Positions 26,149-36,147 are shown, counted from the first letter of the stretch. The stretch: 64,000 bases of DNA from Phormidesmis sp. (GCA_049791095.1 JBAQZP010000023.1:6796-70795), one strand, 5' to 3'. Notes: a model not told the origin generated them from the letters alone. Numbers and translations are program-made.

Positions 26149-27027
26149 ATGAAATCCATCCAAGGGCAATCCCCAAAAACCGTATCCAGTCAAGTTAAAA
26201 AAGGGCTGCTCGCAGCCGCTGTATTGACCGGGGTTACAGGGCTCACCCACCGGGCGGCGATCGCCCAGGCACTATTGCAGCAGCAGGGTAGCCTTGCGCC
26301 GATGGAAGATGCTTACGAGTTTGATGGGGAATTGGGTCAGGCTATGACCATTGAGCTAAAAAGCGAAGATTTTGACACTATCTTGCTGCTAAAAGGGCCT
26401 GATGGCGAAATTTTGACCTCTAATGATGACTTTGGCGGCACGCTCAATTCCACCATTGTGCTAGAGCTACCCGAAACGGGTACTTATAGCGCCATTGCTA
26501 GCTCATTTTCGGGTCAGGGTGGCAACTACCAAATTGAGGTTCGCCCTGCCAGTGAATACGAGCAAGTCTTTAGCCGTGCTTACGACCTTTCAGTATCAGA
26601 AGATTTCGATGATGCAATTGAGGCTTATACGGCTGCGATCTCTCTGGACGACACCGCTCCTGGCGCATATTTGGGCCGCGCCGAAGCCACAATCAACCGG
26701 GCTTACGTGACCTCAACCACTGATATTGCTGGCCCCGAAGATTTGCCCAAAAGCGTGATTGACGCCGTCGTTGCCGACTATTTAAAGGCGGCTGATCTAC
26801 TCGACCAACAGGGTCAAACTGGCCCCGCCGCGTCCTTGCGCGAACAGGCTCAGTACTTTACAGACGGCCCGAATATCACGACACCAAGCCCTGAAGTCGC
26901 CCCTGATGATATGCCAATGCCGGTAGAACCTGATGCAGGTATTGGCGATGGCGCAACGCCGCTCCCTGAGGTGATAGAACCCGCAGAAGAGGTTGAAATT
27001 CCTGAAGCCCCAGTGGCCCCACAGTAG
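26149..27027 (+). CDS. secreted protein with pre-peptidase C-terminal (PPC)-like domain and TPR-like segment
   Basis: Signal peptide. YEFDGELGQAMTIELKSEDFDTILLLKGPDGEILTSNDDFGG...GTYSAIASSF...GNYQIEV resembles a PPC beta-sandwich. A TPR-like segment follows (DFDDAIEAYTAAISLDDTAPGAYLGRAEA), then a Pro/Glu-rich tail. Confidence 0.6.
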   Translation: MKSIQGQSPKTVSSQVKKGLLAAAVLTGVTGLTHRAAIAQALLQQQGSLAPMEDAYEFDGELGQAMTIELKSEDFDTILLLKGPDGEILTSNDDFGGTLNSTIVLELPETGTYSAIASSFSGQGGNYQIEVRPASEYEQVFSRAYDLSVSEDFDDAIEAYTAAISLDDTAPGAYLGRAEATINRAYVTSTTDIAGPEDLPKSVIDAVVADYLKAADLLDQQGQTGPAASLREQAQYFTDGPNITTPSPEVAPDDMPMPVEPDAGIGDGATPLPEVIEPAEEVEIPEAPVAPQ

Positions 27028-27087
27028 GCTTTGCTTACAGTTACTGGAACATTTGCCAAGACCTATTATCATACCTTTCACCATAAG

Positions 27088-27123
27088 CCCCTCCTTTCAG
27101 CTCACTGATGCCGAAAGGAGGGG
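27088..27123. terminator. 11-bp perfect hairpin between convergent genes
   Basis: CCCCTCCTTTC (27088-27098) pairs with GAAAGGAGGGG (27113-27123) around a 14-nt loop. There is no clear T-run on either side, so terminator function is uncertain. Confidence 0.45.
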
Positions 27124-27136
27124 TTCGTAGAGCAAT

Positions 27137-27319
27137 TCACATTTGCAGCGTGCCGTTGCGATCGCTCAACTCGTGAATTTTAGAACGATGGCCGCATTTT
27201 GAGCAGACTGTCGTCGGCTTGTGGCTATCTTGCTCGCTTACAGCAGGCACATGCCAGTCAATGTAAACCCGCTGGCACTGAGGGCACTTTACCGTAATCG
27301 TCTTTGGCCCGAGGGTCAT
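27137..27319 (-). CDS. small zinc-ribbon protein
   Basis: 60 aa with CPQC ... CSKC (two CxxC pairs about 30 residues apart). Confidence 0.5.
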   Translation of the reverse strand: MTLGPKTITVKCPQCQRVYIDWHVPAVSEQDSHKPTTVCSKCGHRSKIHELSDRNGTLQM

Positions 27320-27400
27320 CGCAGTATGCTCACAAGTTACAAAGACAGTCTCTACAAAAAACAGGACAGTTAGCTTAGCGGCTCAAGGCAGCGATCAGGT

Positions 27401-27766
27401 CTACTCAGGATCGCTGACGGCTACCTTTACTTCCTCAGAATCGCTTTTATCAGCGCCCTTTTCTGGTACATCTGTCGTAATTCTAATATGGGCTACGTTC
27501 ACGACGCCGACACCGACTTCTAAAGTAACCCTTTCGGCATTGATGTTCCTTTCACGAACGCGATCGCCTGCCACTCGAATAATATCTAACGCCTGATCCA
27601 CGGCTGCTTGAATAATATCTTCAGTGACCTCTTCAGTCTGATTATTCGTCAAGTAAGAGACGCCCTCAGCCACTTGCTTACCGGTTTGCTCAACCGCACC
27701 CGTCACCTTATTCAATATCTTTTTTCCCTGCTGTGAAACTGAGTCTAAACCCGTATTTTTTGGCAT
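27401..27766 (-). CDS. hypothetical protein
   Basis: 121-aa hydrophilic ORF with coding-like composition. No family recognised. Confidence 0.45.
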   Translation of the reverse strand: MPKNTGLDSVSQQGKKILNKVTGAVEQTGKQVAEGVSYLTNNQTEEVTEDIIQAAVDQALDIIRVAGDRVRERNINAERVTLEVGVGVVNVAHIRITTDVPEKGADKSDSEEVKVAVSDPE

Positions 27767-27948
27767 TGTGTTTTTTCAAGCTAATTTTTACCCGCTCCTT
27801 AGGTTTACTAAACTGCGCCTTTACGACATCAAGCAAAAGGTACAGTTATAGCAAAAGCGCTGTAACTTTAGCCGCCATTGCAGCAAAACCTACAGCGCTT
27901 TAGCCTTAGAGCAGGTTGCTAGTACTCAGAAAAACTCAGGGTTTAGCC

Positions 27949-28158
27949 CTATGCAACTTCATGCCCAGTGGAAACAATCGCCTGCTTCACAGACGACTCA
28001 GATAGCGAATCTGAGGTAACTTCTACTGTCTTTCCAGCAACGTCAACCTTCACATTGGCATCAGCATCGTGAACCTTGATTTCTTTGGTGATAGTGTCAG
28101 CGCAGCCGTCGCACTTAATAGAAGGCACGTTTACAGTCATGGTCGCGGTTGTGCTCAT
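27949..28158 (-). CDS. heavy-metal-associated (HMA) domain protein, copper-chaperone-like
   Basis: 69 aa. The CDGC metal-binding loop (VPSIKCDGCADTI) sits at the start of a ferredoxin-like beta-alpha-beta-beta-alpha-beta pattern. Confidence 0.75.
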   Translation of the reverse strand: MSTTATMTVNVPSIKCDGCADTITKEIKVHDADANVKVDVAGKTVEVTSDSLSESSVKQAIVSTGHEVA

Positions 28159-28381
28159 TGTTTAAAAATCTCCTGAATAAAGCTCTCTGCTCAATCTCGT
28201 AGCTAAAGTCTGCGACTAAAATTAGAAATTTGAGTCAGAGAAATTAAGTCATACCGATCCTACCGACTTTATTCTATTTTTAGTCTGGGTTTGCCAGAGA
28301 GACGGCGTTTATTAGAACATTTCTGACCGTAGGTAGGCTTTGTTCTACGCCATAAGAGAGAGGTGTTTAGTACATAAAAAA

Positions 28382-29695
28382 TCACAGTCCACCCACAAAT
28401 CGCCCTGGGCTCAGTATTCGCTGTGGATCGAATTTTTCCTTGATATCTCTCATCACCTCAAGCGCGTTGCCGCTATATCCCCAGACATCTACGGCTTGCT
28501 TTAGCGGTTTGGGGGCTTGCAAAATACTGAGGAAACCCGCGTTCTGTTGACAGTGCGATCGCAACCTCTCCAATCCAGCTATCTGTCCTGCTCTCTTCTC
28601 GGCCACTGCCATCTGCACCCAACCTAGCCCGCTACTGCCGTACAATCTGGCCTGCGCAGTTGGATCGACTTCTGTCAGCAGCGTCAGCAACGCTGGCACC
28701 GCGCTGGGCCGCATTCCCACCTTGCACAGCACCGTATCTGGCTTAATTGCCTGCGCCGACTGCCGCCAAAAATCCTCGTCTGCTGTGCCATCCAACTGCT
28801 GGCAGCTTAGCCCATGCATCAGCGCAATTTTTTGCAGCCGCTCTGTTTGCTCTTCTACGCCAGCGGCCACCCCCTGAAATCTTGCCACCAGGCCAATGTC
28901 TCCTGCGGCCTGGCTAAGCATCGTCGCCGCCAAAATATCCAGAGCTACCGGTGTTAGTCCCGACAGTCGCACATCTGCTACGGCCTTCTCTACTGCTGTT
29001 GTCGTCCCGGTTAGCAATAGCGATCGCGAATTTCCCTGCACTGGGTACAGCCGAAACGTCAGCTCACTCAAAATCCCCAAGCTGCCGTAGGCCCCGCTCA
29101 TCAGCTTCATCAGGTCGTAGCCCGCGACATTTTTCACCACGCGCCCGCCTGCCCTGGCAACCTCGCCGTCATAGCGCACAAACTGTACGCCAATCAGCAT
29201 GTCTCGCAGCCCACCGTAGCGCTGACGCAGTGAGCCGGTATCTGCGGTCGCCACCACGCCGCCCACCGTCGCCCGCGCTGCAAAAGCCGGATCAATCGCC
29301 AAAAGCTGCCCCTGCTCGGCCAAGATTTGCTTCAAGGCTGCAACTTTCAGCCCTGGCCCTACCGTCACGGTAAAGTCGCCCACCGCATGGTCTACCACCT
29401 GGTTTAACCGCGCTGTGCTCACCACCAGGTCAACACCTTCTGCCAGCCCCCCCCAGCTCAGCTTGCTGCCCTGACCGGTAGGCAACACGCGCCAGTGGTT
29501 TTTAGCAGCGAGGGCCATTACCTGAGCCAGTTCGGGGGTGCTGCTGGGGAAGGCGATCGCGTTCGGTGGCTGGTCAGAGGCGATCGCCCCCATCACCTCA
29601 TCCGTCGTAAATTGCTGCGCTTGCAGAACCGCCGCCCAGTCCGACACCCGCTCTGCGCCTACAACCGCAGATAGTTTGGCCACCACATCACTCAT
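28382..29695 (-). CDS. FAD-binding PCMH-type oxidoreductase, GlcE-like (glycolate oxidase/dehydrogenase subunit)
   Basis: 437 aa. FAD-binding-4-like region (PSSTPELAQVMALAAKNHWRVLPTGQGSKLSWGG, VKNVAGYDLMKLMSGAYGSLG) and a C-terminal IKEKFDP..ILSPGRF. Confidence 0.7.
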   Translation of the reverse strand: MSDVVAKLSAVVGAERVSDWAAVLQAQQFTTDEVMGAIASDQPPNAIAFPSSTPELAQVMALAAKNHWRVLPTGQGSKLSWGGLAEGVDLVVSTARLNQVVDHAVGDFTVTVGPGLKVAALKQILAEQGQLLAIDPAFAARATVGGVVATADTGSLRQRYGGLRDMLIGVQFVRYDGEVARAGGRVVKNVAGYDLMKLMSGAYGSLGILSELTFRLYPVQGNSRSLLLTGTTTAVEKAVADVRLSGLTPVALDILAATMLSQAAGDIGLVARFQGVAAGVEEQTERLQKIALMHGLSCQQLDGTADEDFWRQSAQAIKPDTVLCKVGMRPSAVPALLTLLTEVDPTAQARLYGSSGLGWVQMAVAEKRAGQIAGLERLRSHCQQNAGFLSILQAPKPLKQAVDVWGYSGNALEVMRDIKEKFDPQRILSPGRFVGGL

Positions 29696-29747
29696 ACCCA
29701 GCCCCGTATAAAGCCATCACCACCCTACCGGATAGGCCGTAACCGCT

Positions 29748-30542
29748 TCAATCAATCCCAATGGCAACTGGCCCACTGCTGCCACCCGTCGGCCCACCGC
29801 TACGCTGCTTGCGAAAGTTACCGTAAATTTGATCGCGCCACAGCCAAAAAGCACTATAAGCCGGGTCGTCCGATAGCCCTGGCACCCCCTTATTGCAAAT
29901 GCCGACTGGCAGATCTATGTATTGCTCAGAAGGAAACTTGATATACATAGAGAGGCCCGCCACGGCAAAATCTGCCAGCGTTGGCTGATCGCCACACAAG
30001 TAGGGCTGCGTTTCTAAAATCAAGCACAGCGCCTCTAAATCCTGTCGCAAAATTTCAGTCGCCGACTTCACTGCCGCTACCCCAAAGCCAGCCCCTGTGC
30101 CCAGCAAGTTCAGCACATCGCTTGGCACCGAACCCACCACAGTCTTAACCAAGTCGGGCGTAGAAATTGGCAGCAGCGCCGTGCGAAAATTAGGATGCCG
30201 ATTAAACGCTCCGATCATCACTTTTCGCGCATTGGGGCCAATCGACTCGTCGGCCCAAGCCTCCAGCGCTAAGCACAGTCCCCGCTTTTGCGCATCGACT
30301 GGGATCACAGGCCGTTCAGGATATTTTTTGTCCAGGTAGCGGGCGATCGCGGTCGAATCCGGCACAATTTCATCGCCATCCTTTAGCACCGGAACCTGCC
30401 GTTGTCCCGACATTCTATAGAGTTCTATCTGGCCTAACCCTGGGGTAACTTCAATAGCTTTATACGGAAGTTGCTTGTAATCCAAGACCAGGCGCACCTT
30501 TTCGCAATAGTGCGAAGCTTCAAACTGGTGCAGTTCTATCAT
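29748..30542 (-). CDS. glutathione S-transferase family protein
   Basis: Thioredoxin-like GST N-domain: IELHQFEASHYCEKVRLVLDYKQLPYKAIEV...QVPVLKDGDEIVPDSTAIARYLD. Confidence 0.8.
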   Translation of the reverse strand: MIELHQFEASHYCEKVRLVLDYKQLPYKAIEVTPGLGQIELYRMSGQRQVPVLKDGDEIVPDSTAIARYLDKKYPERPVIPVDAQKRGLCLALEAWADESIGPNARKVMIGAFNRHPNFRTALLPISTPDLVKTVVGSVPSDVLNLLGTGAGFGVAAVKSATEILRQDLEALCLILETQPYLCGDQPTLADFAVAGLSMYIKFPSEQYIDLPVGICNKGVPGLSDDPAYSAFWLWRDQIYGNFRKQRSGGPTGGSSGPVAIGID

Positions 30543-30859
30543 CCGAATATCTCCTTTTGTAGATTGATTGTGCAGTCAATACTGAGATCGCTGAGTCGCT
30601 TTTATAACAAGGACTTTCCAAAATCACATAGCGAACGATCGTCTGCTTTTTGCCGACCTTTTTCAAGGCTTCTTATCTTGACGCCTTTGCTGTAAATAAA
30701 CATCTACCTAACTGTGAACAATTTGTTTTGTAGGTTTTTCGATACACTTTGTAGAAGCTTAATGAACTTTAGTTAAATCTTTACGACGTTAAGTGAAGGG
30801 TGCAGTGACACAAGCACCCGACCATCAGATCTGCTCATCAAGACTTACCAAGAGGTTCT

Positions 30860-31744
30860 ATGCAAGTTAACAATAGCCCCCGCTTTTTTAAGCGTTTCAT
30901 AATTGGCCTAGTGGCCAGTAGTGCCGGGGCTTTCGTAGCACTACCCGGTGCTGCCATGCCAGAAGCGTCTTCAAAGCCTGCGGCCGAGGCTTTGGAGGCC
31001 GACGCTATGGAGACTGACATGGGCACAACCGATGCCGACACTGTTGAAGCCGCTGACATTGAGGCTTTGAGCGACGAGGCCATCGAAGCTTCTGACACCA
31101 TGGATGGTGAGCCCGTTGAAGAAGTCGTCGAGGCCGACACCATGGGCGAAGACACCATGGAGGCCGAGGCCGAAATGGACGAGGAATCCGTCGAAGCTGA
31201 CGCCGAAATGGATGAGGAATCCGTTGAGGGCATCGTTGAAGCTGAGCCGATGACCGAAGAACCGGTTGAGGCCGCTGAAGAAATGGACACCAGTGAGTTC
31301 ACGATTGCTGAACTTACTAGCAACAGTGACTCTTTCGAGGTATTGACGGCTGCCCTCGTCGCGGCTGATCTGGTCGAGACCTTAAGCGCAGAAGGCCCTT
31401 ATACCGTTTTTGCCCCTACGGATGAAGCCTTTGCTGCCCTGCCTGAAGGCGCAGTAGAGCAGCTACTTTTACCAGAGAACAAGGATGTCCTGGTTCAAAT
31501 CTTGACCTACCATGTCGTTCCGGGTGCGGTGCTTTCTACTGACCTGGAGACGGGTAGCGTTGCCACGGTTGAAGGTAGTGACATTACCGTAGAAGTCGGT
31601 GACACCGTCACGGTCGATAACGCTAACATTTTGCTAGCCGATGTAGAAGCTAGCAATGGCGTGATTCACATCATTGATCGGGTGATTCTGCCGCCTGCAC
31701 CCGCAGCCAACGCTGACACTGATTCCACAGAGGCCATTCAGTAG
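30860..31744 (+). CDS. fasciclin (FAS1) domain protein with acidic repetitive N-terminal region
   Basis: Signal peptide, then about 130 aa rich in E/D/A/M including a 33-bp tandem duplication (31169-31234, [22 protein letters not shown]). The FAS1 domain follows: [14 protein letters not shown]...ILTYHVVPG...[14 protein letters not shown]. Confidence 0.9.
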   Translation: MQVNNSPRFFKRFIIGLVASSAGAFVALPGAAMPEASSKPAAEALEADAMETDMGTTDADTVEAADIEALSDEAIEASDTMDGEPVEEVVEADTMGEDTMEAEAEMDEESVEADAEMDEESVEGIVEAEPMTEEPVEAAEEMDTSEFTIAELTSNSDSFEVLTAALVAADLVETLSAEGPYTVFAPTDEAFAALPEGAVEQLLLPENKDVLVQILTYHVVPGAVLSTDLETGSVATVEGSDITVEVGDTVTVDNANILLADVEASNGVIHIIDRVILPPAPAANADTDSTEAIQ

Positions 31745-31951
31745 TCATTCGCTCGCTATGGCAACCAGATTGGCTATCGGTTGCGTTAGACAGTGCGCCG
31801 ATAGCAGGTTTGCTTGCTAGGCCCTATAGCAGACGGCACAATCAGGGTGCAAAAAACCAAGTGCCAACCGTCATAGGGCCAAAAATAACGCTCCAAAACA
31901 ACAGTTAAAACCGCTTGTGTAGTGACGCTCTCCCGAATGTCTTGTGTTATG

Positions 31952-31984
31952 CCTCCTTTGCCTTTGGGTAGAGGAGGTTTTTTA
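31952..31984 (+). terminator. intrinsic terminator
   Basis: 11-bp stem (31952-31962 pairing with 31967-31977; includes 2 G-U pairs), TTTG loop, then TTTTTTA at 31978-31984. The T-run overlaps the stop codon of the convergent DUF4230 gene. Confidence 0.7.
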
Positions 31985-32752
31985 TGGGTTCGTCTTAAGG
32001 CTTGTAGTCGCTGCTGGAGCGGTTTCTACAGTCACGTTCACAAAACCAGCGCTTTCTAGCAGTTGACTGACGACTAGCTCGGCGCGGTCGTTCGCCTGGC
32101 CCAAAATATCTTGTTCATAAGCAGCTTGCTCAATCTTTTCCAGGGCTTCTTTTTGCGCGAGTGTTTGCAGCTCAGGGGCTCGATCGGGGCCTAGATTTAA
32201 AAAGCCCCGATTGTAGTCGTATACATTAGAGCGTTCGACGTCTATTTTGGTATCGAGGATTTTGGGGGGTGGCAGCTCCAGCGTTACGCTCGTACCAGAT
32301 TCGTCGGTCGTCGTCGTTATATCTGCTGCTTCAATGCTCGCTAAATCTACGCCAGCGCGGACTTCGCCATAAGCGACATATAGCAAATTGGTCTTACCAA
32401 TGGTGTAGTCTCCTAGCTTGCGATCGCTCTGCGCCGGAACCACCGCTTCCATCGTAAATACGGCTGTGGTTAGCTCGCTCACGTCGCGCACCTGCTCTAC
32501 AATCACCGTACGGACGTCTACGGTTTCTTCGGGAGGCTGGGGGGTGATGGCGAGCTTAATGCCTTCCATGAATTGTCCGCCTGAGCGCAAAAAGGCTAGT
32601 CCGGCAATGCTCGCTAGCATGATACCGCCACCGACGGATGCGATCGCCAACAACTGTAACACCCGAAACACAGGCGCTTTCTTCGTTTTAGATCGTCCCC
32701 GCTTCAGCGAAACAGGACTCTGACGGTATGGATCAGGCATTCGAGACTTCAT
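31982..32752 (-). CDS. DUF4230 domain-containing membrane-anchored protein
   Basis: N-terminal TM helix, then VRDVSELTTAVFTMEAVV...LLYVAYGEVRAGVDLASI...LELPPPKILDTKIDVERSNVYD, which matches the DUF4230 pattern as I recall it. Confidence 0.7.
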   Translation of the reverse strand: MKSRMPDPYRQSPVSLKRGRSKTKKAPVFRVLQLLAIASVGGGIMLASIAGLAFLRSGGQFMEGIKLAITPQPPEETVDVRTVIVEQVRDVSELTTAVFTMEAVVPAQSDRKLGDYTIGKTNLLYVAYGEVRAGVDLASIEAADITTTTDESGTSVTLELPPPKILDTKIDVERSNVYDYNRGFLNLGPDRAPELQTLAQKEALEKIEQAAYEQDILGQANDRAELVVSQLLESAGFVNVTVETAPAATTSLKTNP

Positions 32753-32860
32753 AGCAGGCCAGGCAAAAGGTGCTTACATTTTAAAGGAAGGCTTCGGCCA
32801 TTTCGACCGGTTATCCGTAGACTAGCGGAATCGATACACAAGTTCTACCGTGATTGCGCT

Positions 32861-34336
32861 TTACTTATGACGAATATGCTCGTACACCGCCACATAATAA
32901 TCGCCCGGCTGACGCCAGGAATAATCGTAAGCCATTCCCTGCTTAGCTAGCTGCTGAAATAGCGCGGGCTCTTTTTTGTACAAATCCAAAGCCCGACCTA
33001 AGGCAGACTCTAGCGCCACACTATCATTTTCATAAAACACAAAGCCATTGCGCTTCTCCGGCGGGTGACTCTGGTCATAATCCCAGTCAAAAATAGTATT
33101 TACCAGGCCCCCCACCCCTCGCACTACCGGCACGGTGCCATACTTTAGACTAATAATTTGCGTTAGGCCGCAAGGCTCATAATTACTCGGCACAATGATA
33201 ATATCTGCTGCTGCATACATCAGGCGAGCCAGCGTTTCATCAAACCCAATTTCTAAATGGCAGTCAGGGTTATCGTTCAAATAGTTTTTTTCACCCCAAA
33301 ACCAGTCACTAATGCCCTGCTCTGACGCCGAACCCAGTAGCGCAAACTGTGCGCCCTGCTCTAGACAGTAATAGAGCCCATGATGCGCCTGATGCATTCC
33401 CTTTTGCTGATCTAACCGACCAATGAAGACTACCAGCGGTTTGTCCCCCGCTGCCAATAGCAATCTTTCGCGCAGTGCTTTCTTATTCAGCACCTTGTTC
33501 TCAAAATCATCGGCTGAGTACTGAGCTGAAATTTTGGTATCAACATCTGGACTCCACAGCGTATAGTCAATCCCATTCAAAATGCCGCCAAATTTATCTT
33601 GATGCGCTGCTAGGGTGGGCTGTAAACCGCAGCCGACATCGCTAAACCGCGCCTCCCAGGCGTGATGCGGCGAAACCGTATTCACATAGTTGGCATATAC
33701 AATGCCGCCCTTCATAAAGTTGATAGCCATTGGGTTGCCGTTGTCTTGCAAGCGCTCTGGCGTGAAATAGTACGCCGCCTGATTCAGCCCTGTGGCCGTC
33801 AAAATCTCCACCCCCCAGGTGCCCTGATGCTTGAAGTTATGAATGGAATAGCACACCCGCTGGTTTTCCATCCCGTGAAACTTGTACATTTCGTACAGCA
33901 TCACGGGCACCAGTCCTGTCTGCCAGTCGTGACAGTGAATTACGTCGGGGCGCTTGCCACTTTTGAGTAGAAATTCCAGCGCCGCTTTACTAAAAAAGGC
34001 AAAGCGAATTTGGTCATCCCAATCGCCGTAAAACTTGCCACGATTAAAAAAGCTATCACCCGAGTGTGGCTCAATAAAAAAGCACAGCAGACCATGCACC
34101 CAGCCGCACTGTACCGAACAGTGAATCGCCCCGTCATACCAGGGCACCCACAGGTCGCGGTAGGCTTCATGCATACCCCAGACCTCGCCGTAGCGCATAT
34201 TGTCGTATTTAGGCAGTACCAGCTCTACACAGTGATCGCGCAGCGTTAGCTCACGGCTGAGGCCGTAAACCACATCACCTAGACCGCCCGCTTTAATCAC
34301 AGGGGCACATTCTGAGGCAATTTGCACGATATACAT
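32861..34336 (-). CDS. glgA: glycogen synthase (ADP-glucose type, GT5)
   Basis: MYIVQIASECAPVIKAGGLGDVVYGL (KxGGL motif), HCHDWQTGLVP, and a C-terminal PSNYEPCGLTQI. 491 aa. Confidence 0.92.
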   Translation of the reverse strand: MYIVQIASECAPVIKAGGLGDVVYGLSRELTLRDHCVELVLPKYDNMRYGEVWGMHEAYRDLWVPWYDGAIHCSVQCGWVHGLLCFFIEPHSGDSFFNRGKFYGDWDDQIRFAFFSKAALEFLLKSGKRPDVIHCHDWQTGLVPVMLYEMYKFHGMENQRVCYSIHNFKHQGTWGVEILTATGLNQAAYYFTPERLQDNGNPMAINFMKGGIVYANYVNTVSPHHAWEARFSDVGCGLQPTLAAHQDKFGGILNGIDYTLWSPDVDTKISAQYSADDFENKVLNKKALRERLLLAAGDKPLVVFIGRLDQQKGMHQAHHGLYYCLEQGAQFALLGSASEQGISDWFWGEKNYLNDNPDCHLEIGFDETLARLMYAAADIIIVPSNYEPCGLTQIISLKYGTVPVVRGVGGLVNTIFDWDYDQSHPPEKRNGFVFYENDSVALESALGRALDLYKKEPALFQQLAKQGMAYDYSWRQPGDYYVAVYEHIRHK

Positions 34337-34405
34337 AGTAAGGATCTCCCAGGTTTTTGTTAATGAAAGTTTATGTTTGTAGGCTTAGTCAAGCGGGCGC
34401 AAAGG

Positions 34406-34438
34406 CTGTCGAATAGCTGTCGAGTAGCTGTCGAATAG
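34406..34438. repeat. 11-bp tandem direct repeat x3 (CTGTCGAATAG) in the glgA/GH57 divergent intergenic region
   Basis: Units at 34406-34416, 34417-34427 (one mismatch, A to G) and 34428-34438. Confidence 0.9.
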
Positions 34439-34623
34439 CAGCAAAGGGTCATTTTGCGAAAAATTTGGCACGGTAGCGTCCACCTACGGGGTGAAGGCTG
34501 CCGCCTGACGGAATTGAAAAGTCCGCTAGAGAAAACCTTGACTATACTTACTTATTGCGAAACTTATTGCGAATTGCAGCCTTAATGACGACAGACTTAG
34601 ATATTAAATAATAGGAACTTTCT

Positions 34624-36117
34624 ATGATCGCAACTGCACCAACAGCTCAGCATCCTGCTCTCAACACCGCTCATGCTGGGCTACCCAACATTTGCGGTAG
34701 CGAATCTACGATTGCTGCGATCGCAAACCACAACCAACCCATCTTTTTACCCACCACCAACCTCCGCATTCAAGACATCACCGCTGGGTTCGCTTGCGCC
34801 CTACACATGCATCAGCCCACGATTCCAGCCGGTGCCGACGGCGGGTTAATCAGCAATCTTCAGCACATGTTCGAGCATCCGGGCGATGGCGACAACCATA
34901 ACGCCGCTGTGTTTGCCTGGTGCTATAGCCGCATGGGCGACTGGATTCCAGAACTCGTAGCAAAGGGCGAAAACCCTCGCATCATGCTTGATTATTCTGG
35001 CAATCTATTCTGGGGCATTACCCAAATGGGCCGCGACGACATTTTAGGCAACCTCAAGCGCCTGTGCGAACCCCAGTATCAACCCTATGTAGAGTGGATG
35101 GGTACGATGTGGAGTCATGCGGTAGTGCCCTCTACCCCCATTCCCGATATTAAGCTACATATTCAAGCCTGGCAGCATCACTTTGCCGCGCTGTTTGGCT
35201 ACGATGCCCTGGCAAGGGTGAAGGGATTTTCACCGCCAGAAATGCATTTGCCCAACCATCCCGATACTTTGTTTGAATATATCAAAGCGCTAAAGGAATG
35301 TGGCTATCGCTGGCTGCTAGTGCAAGAGCATTCGGTAGAACGTTTAGATGGCACTGGGTTACACCACGACGATAAATATATCCCTAATCGTTTGGTGGCG
35401 CGTAACTCTTACGGAGAGACCATTAGCATGACCGCTCTGATTAAGACTCAAGGCTCGGATACTAAGCTGGTGGCGCAAATGCAGCCTTATCACGAAGCGA
35501 AGGGGCGAGGCAGACAACAGATTGGCGAGGTATCGGTACCTGGTTGCGTCTCGCAGATTGCGGATGGTGAGAATGGCGGCGTGATGATGAATGAGTACGG
35601 GCGTGACTTTGTTCCTTTTTGGGAGGGTATTAAAGATAATGGTCGAGGCGTAGAGGGTACGGTTGGGCTGAATGGCACGGAATATATTGAGCTAATTGAG
35701 GCGGCTGGGGTGAACCCGGATGACTACCCGACTTGTCAGGCAGTAGGTCAGCATAAGATTTGGCAAAAGGTGACACCTGAAAGTGCCACGCCAGAAACGG
35801 TTGAAACGGCGATTAAAGAACTCCAGGCAACTGACCATCAGTTCCATATGGACGGCGCTTCTTGGACAGATGATCTGAGCTGGGTGAAGGGCTATGAAAA
35901 TGTGTTGGAGCCGATGAATCAGCTCAGCGCCGCCTTTCATCAAAAGTACGACCGGCAGGTGCAAGCCGATCCTACTACGACTCAGCGCCAGGATTATCAG
36001 GAGGCTTTGTTGTACTTGTTACTTGTGGAAACGAGCTGTTTTCGGTATTGGGGTCAGGGCACCTGGACTGAGTATGCTCAAGCGCTGTATCGCCGAGGCA
36101 AGGAATTGTTGAAATAA
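34624..36117 (+). CDS. glycoside hydrolase family 57-like protein
   Basis: 497 aa. The N-terminal FACALHMHQPT motif is typical of GH57 (HQP). It sits beside glgA. The family call rests on motif memory only. Confidence 0.6.
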   Translation: MIATAPTAQHPALNTAHAGLPNICGSESTIAAIANHNQPIFLPTTNLRIQDITAGFACALHMHQPTIPAGADGGLISNLQHMFEHPGDGDNHNAAVFAWCYSRMGDWIPELVAKGENPRIMLDYSGNLFWGITQMGRDDILGNLKRLCEPQYQPYVEWMGTMWSHAVVPSTPIPDIKLHIQAWQHHFAALFGYDALARVKGFSPPEMHLPNHPDTLFEYIKALKECGYRWLLVQEHSVERLDGTGLHHDDKYIPNRLVARNSYGETISMTALIKTQGSDTKLVAQMQPYHEAKGRGRQQIGEVSVPGCVSQIADGENGGVMMNEYGRDFVPFWEGIKDNGRGVEGTVGLNGTEYIELIEAAGVNPDDYPTCQAVGQHKIWQKVTPESATPETVETAIKELQATDHQFHMDGASWTDDLSWVKGYENVLEPMNQLSAAFHQKYDRQVQADPTTTQRQDYQEALLYLLLVETSCFRYWGQGTWTEYAQALYRRGKELLK

Positions 36118-36147
36118 ACGCTAGGATGCTCTAAAAAACGTGGTGAC

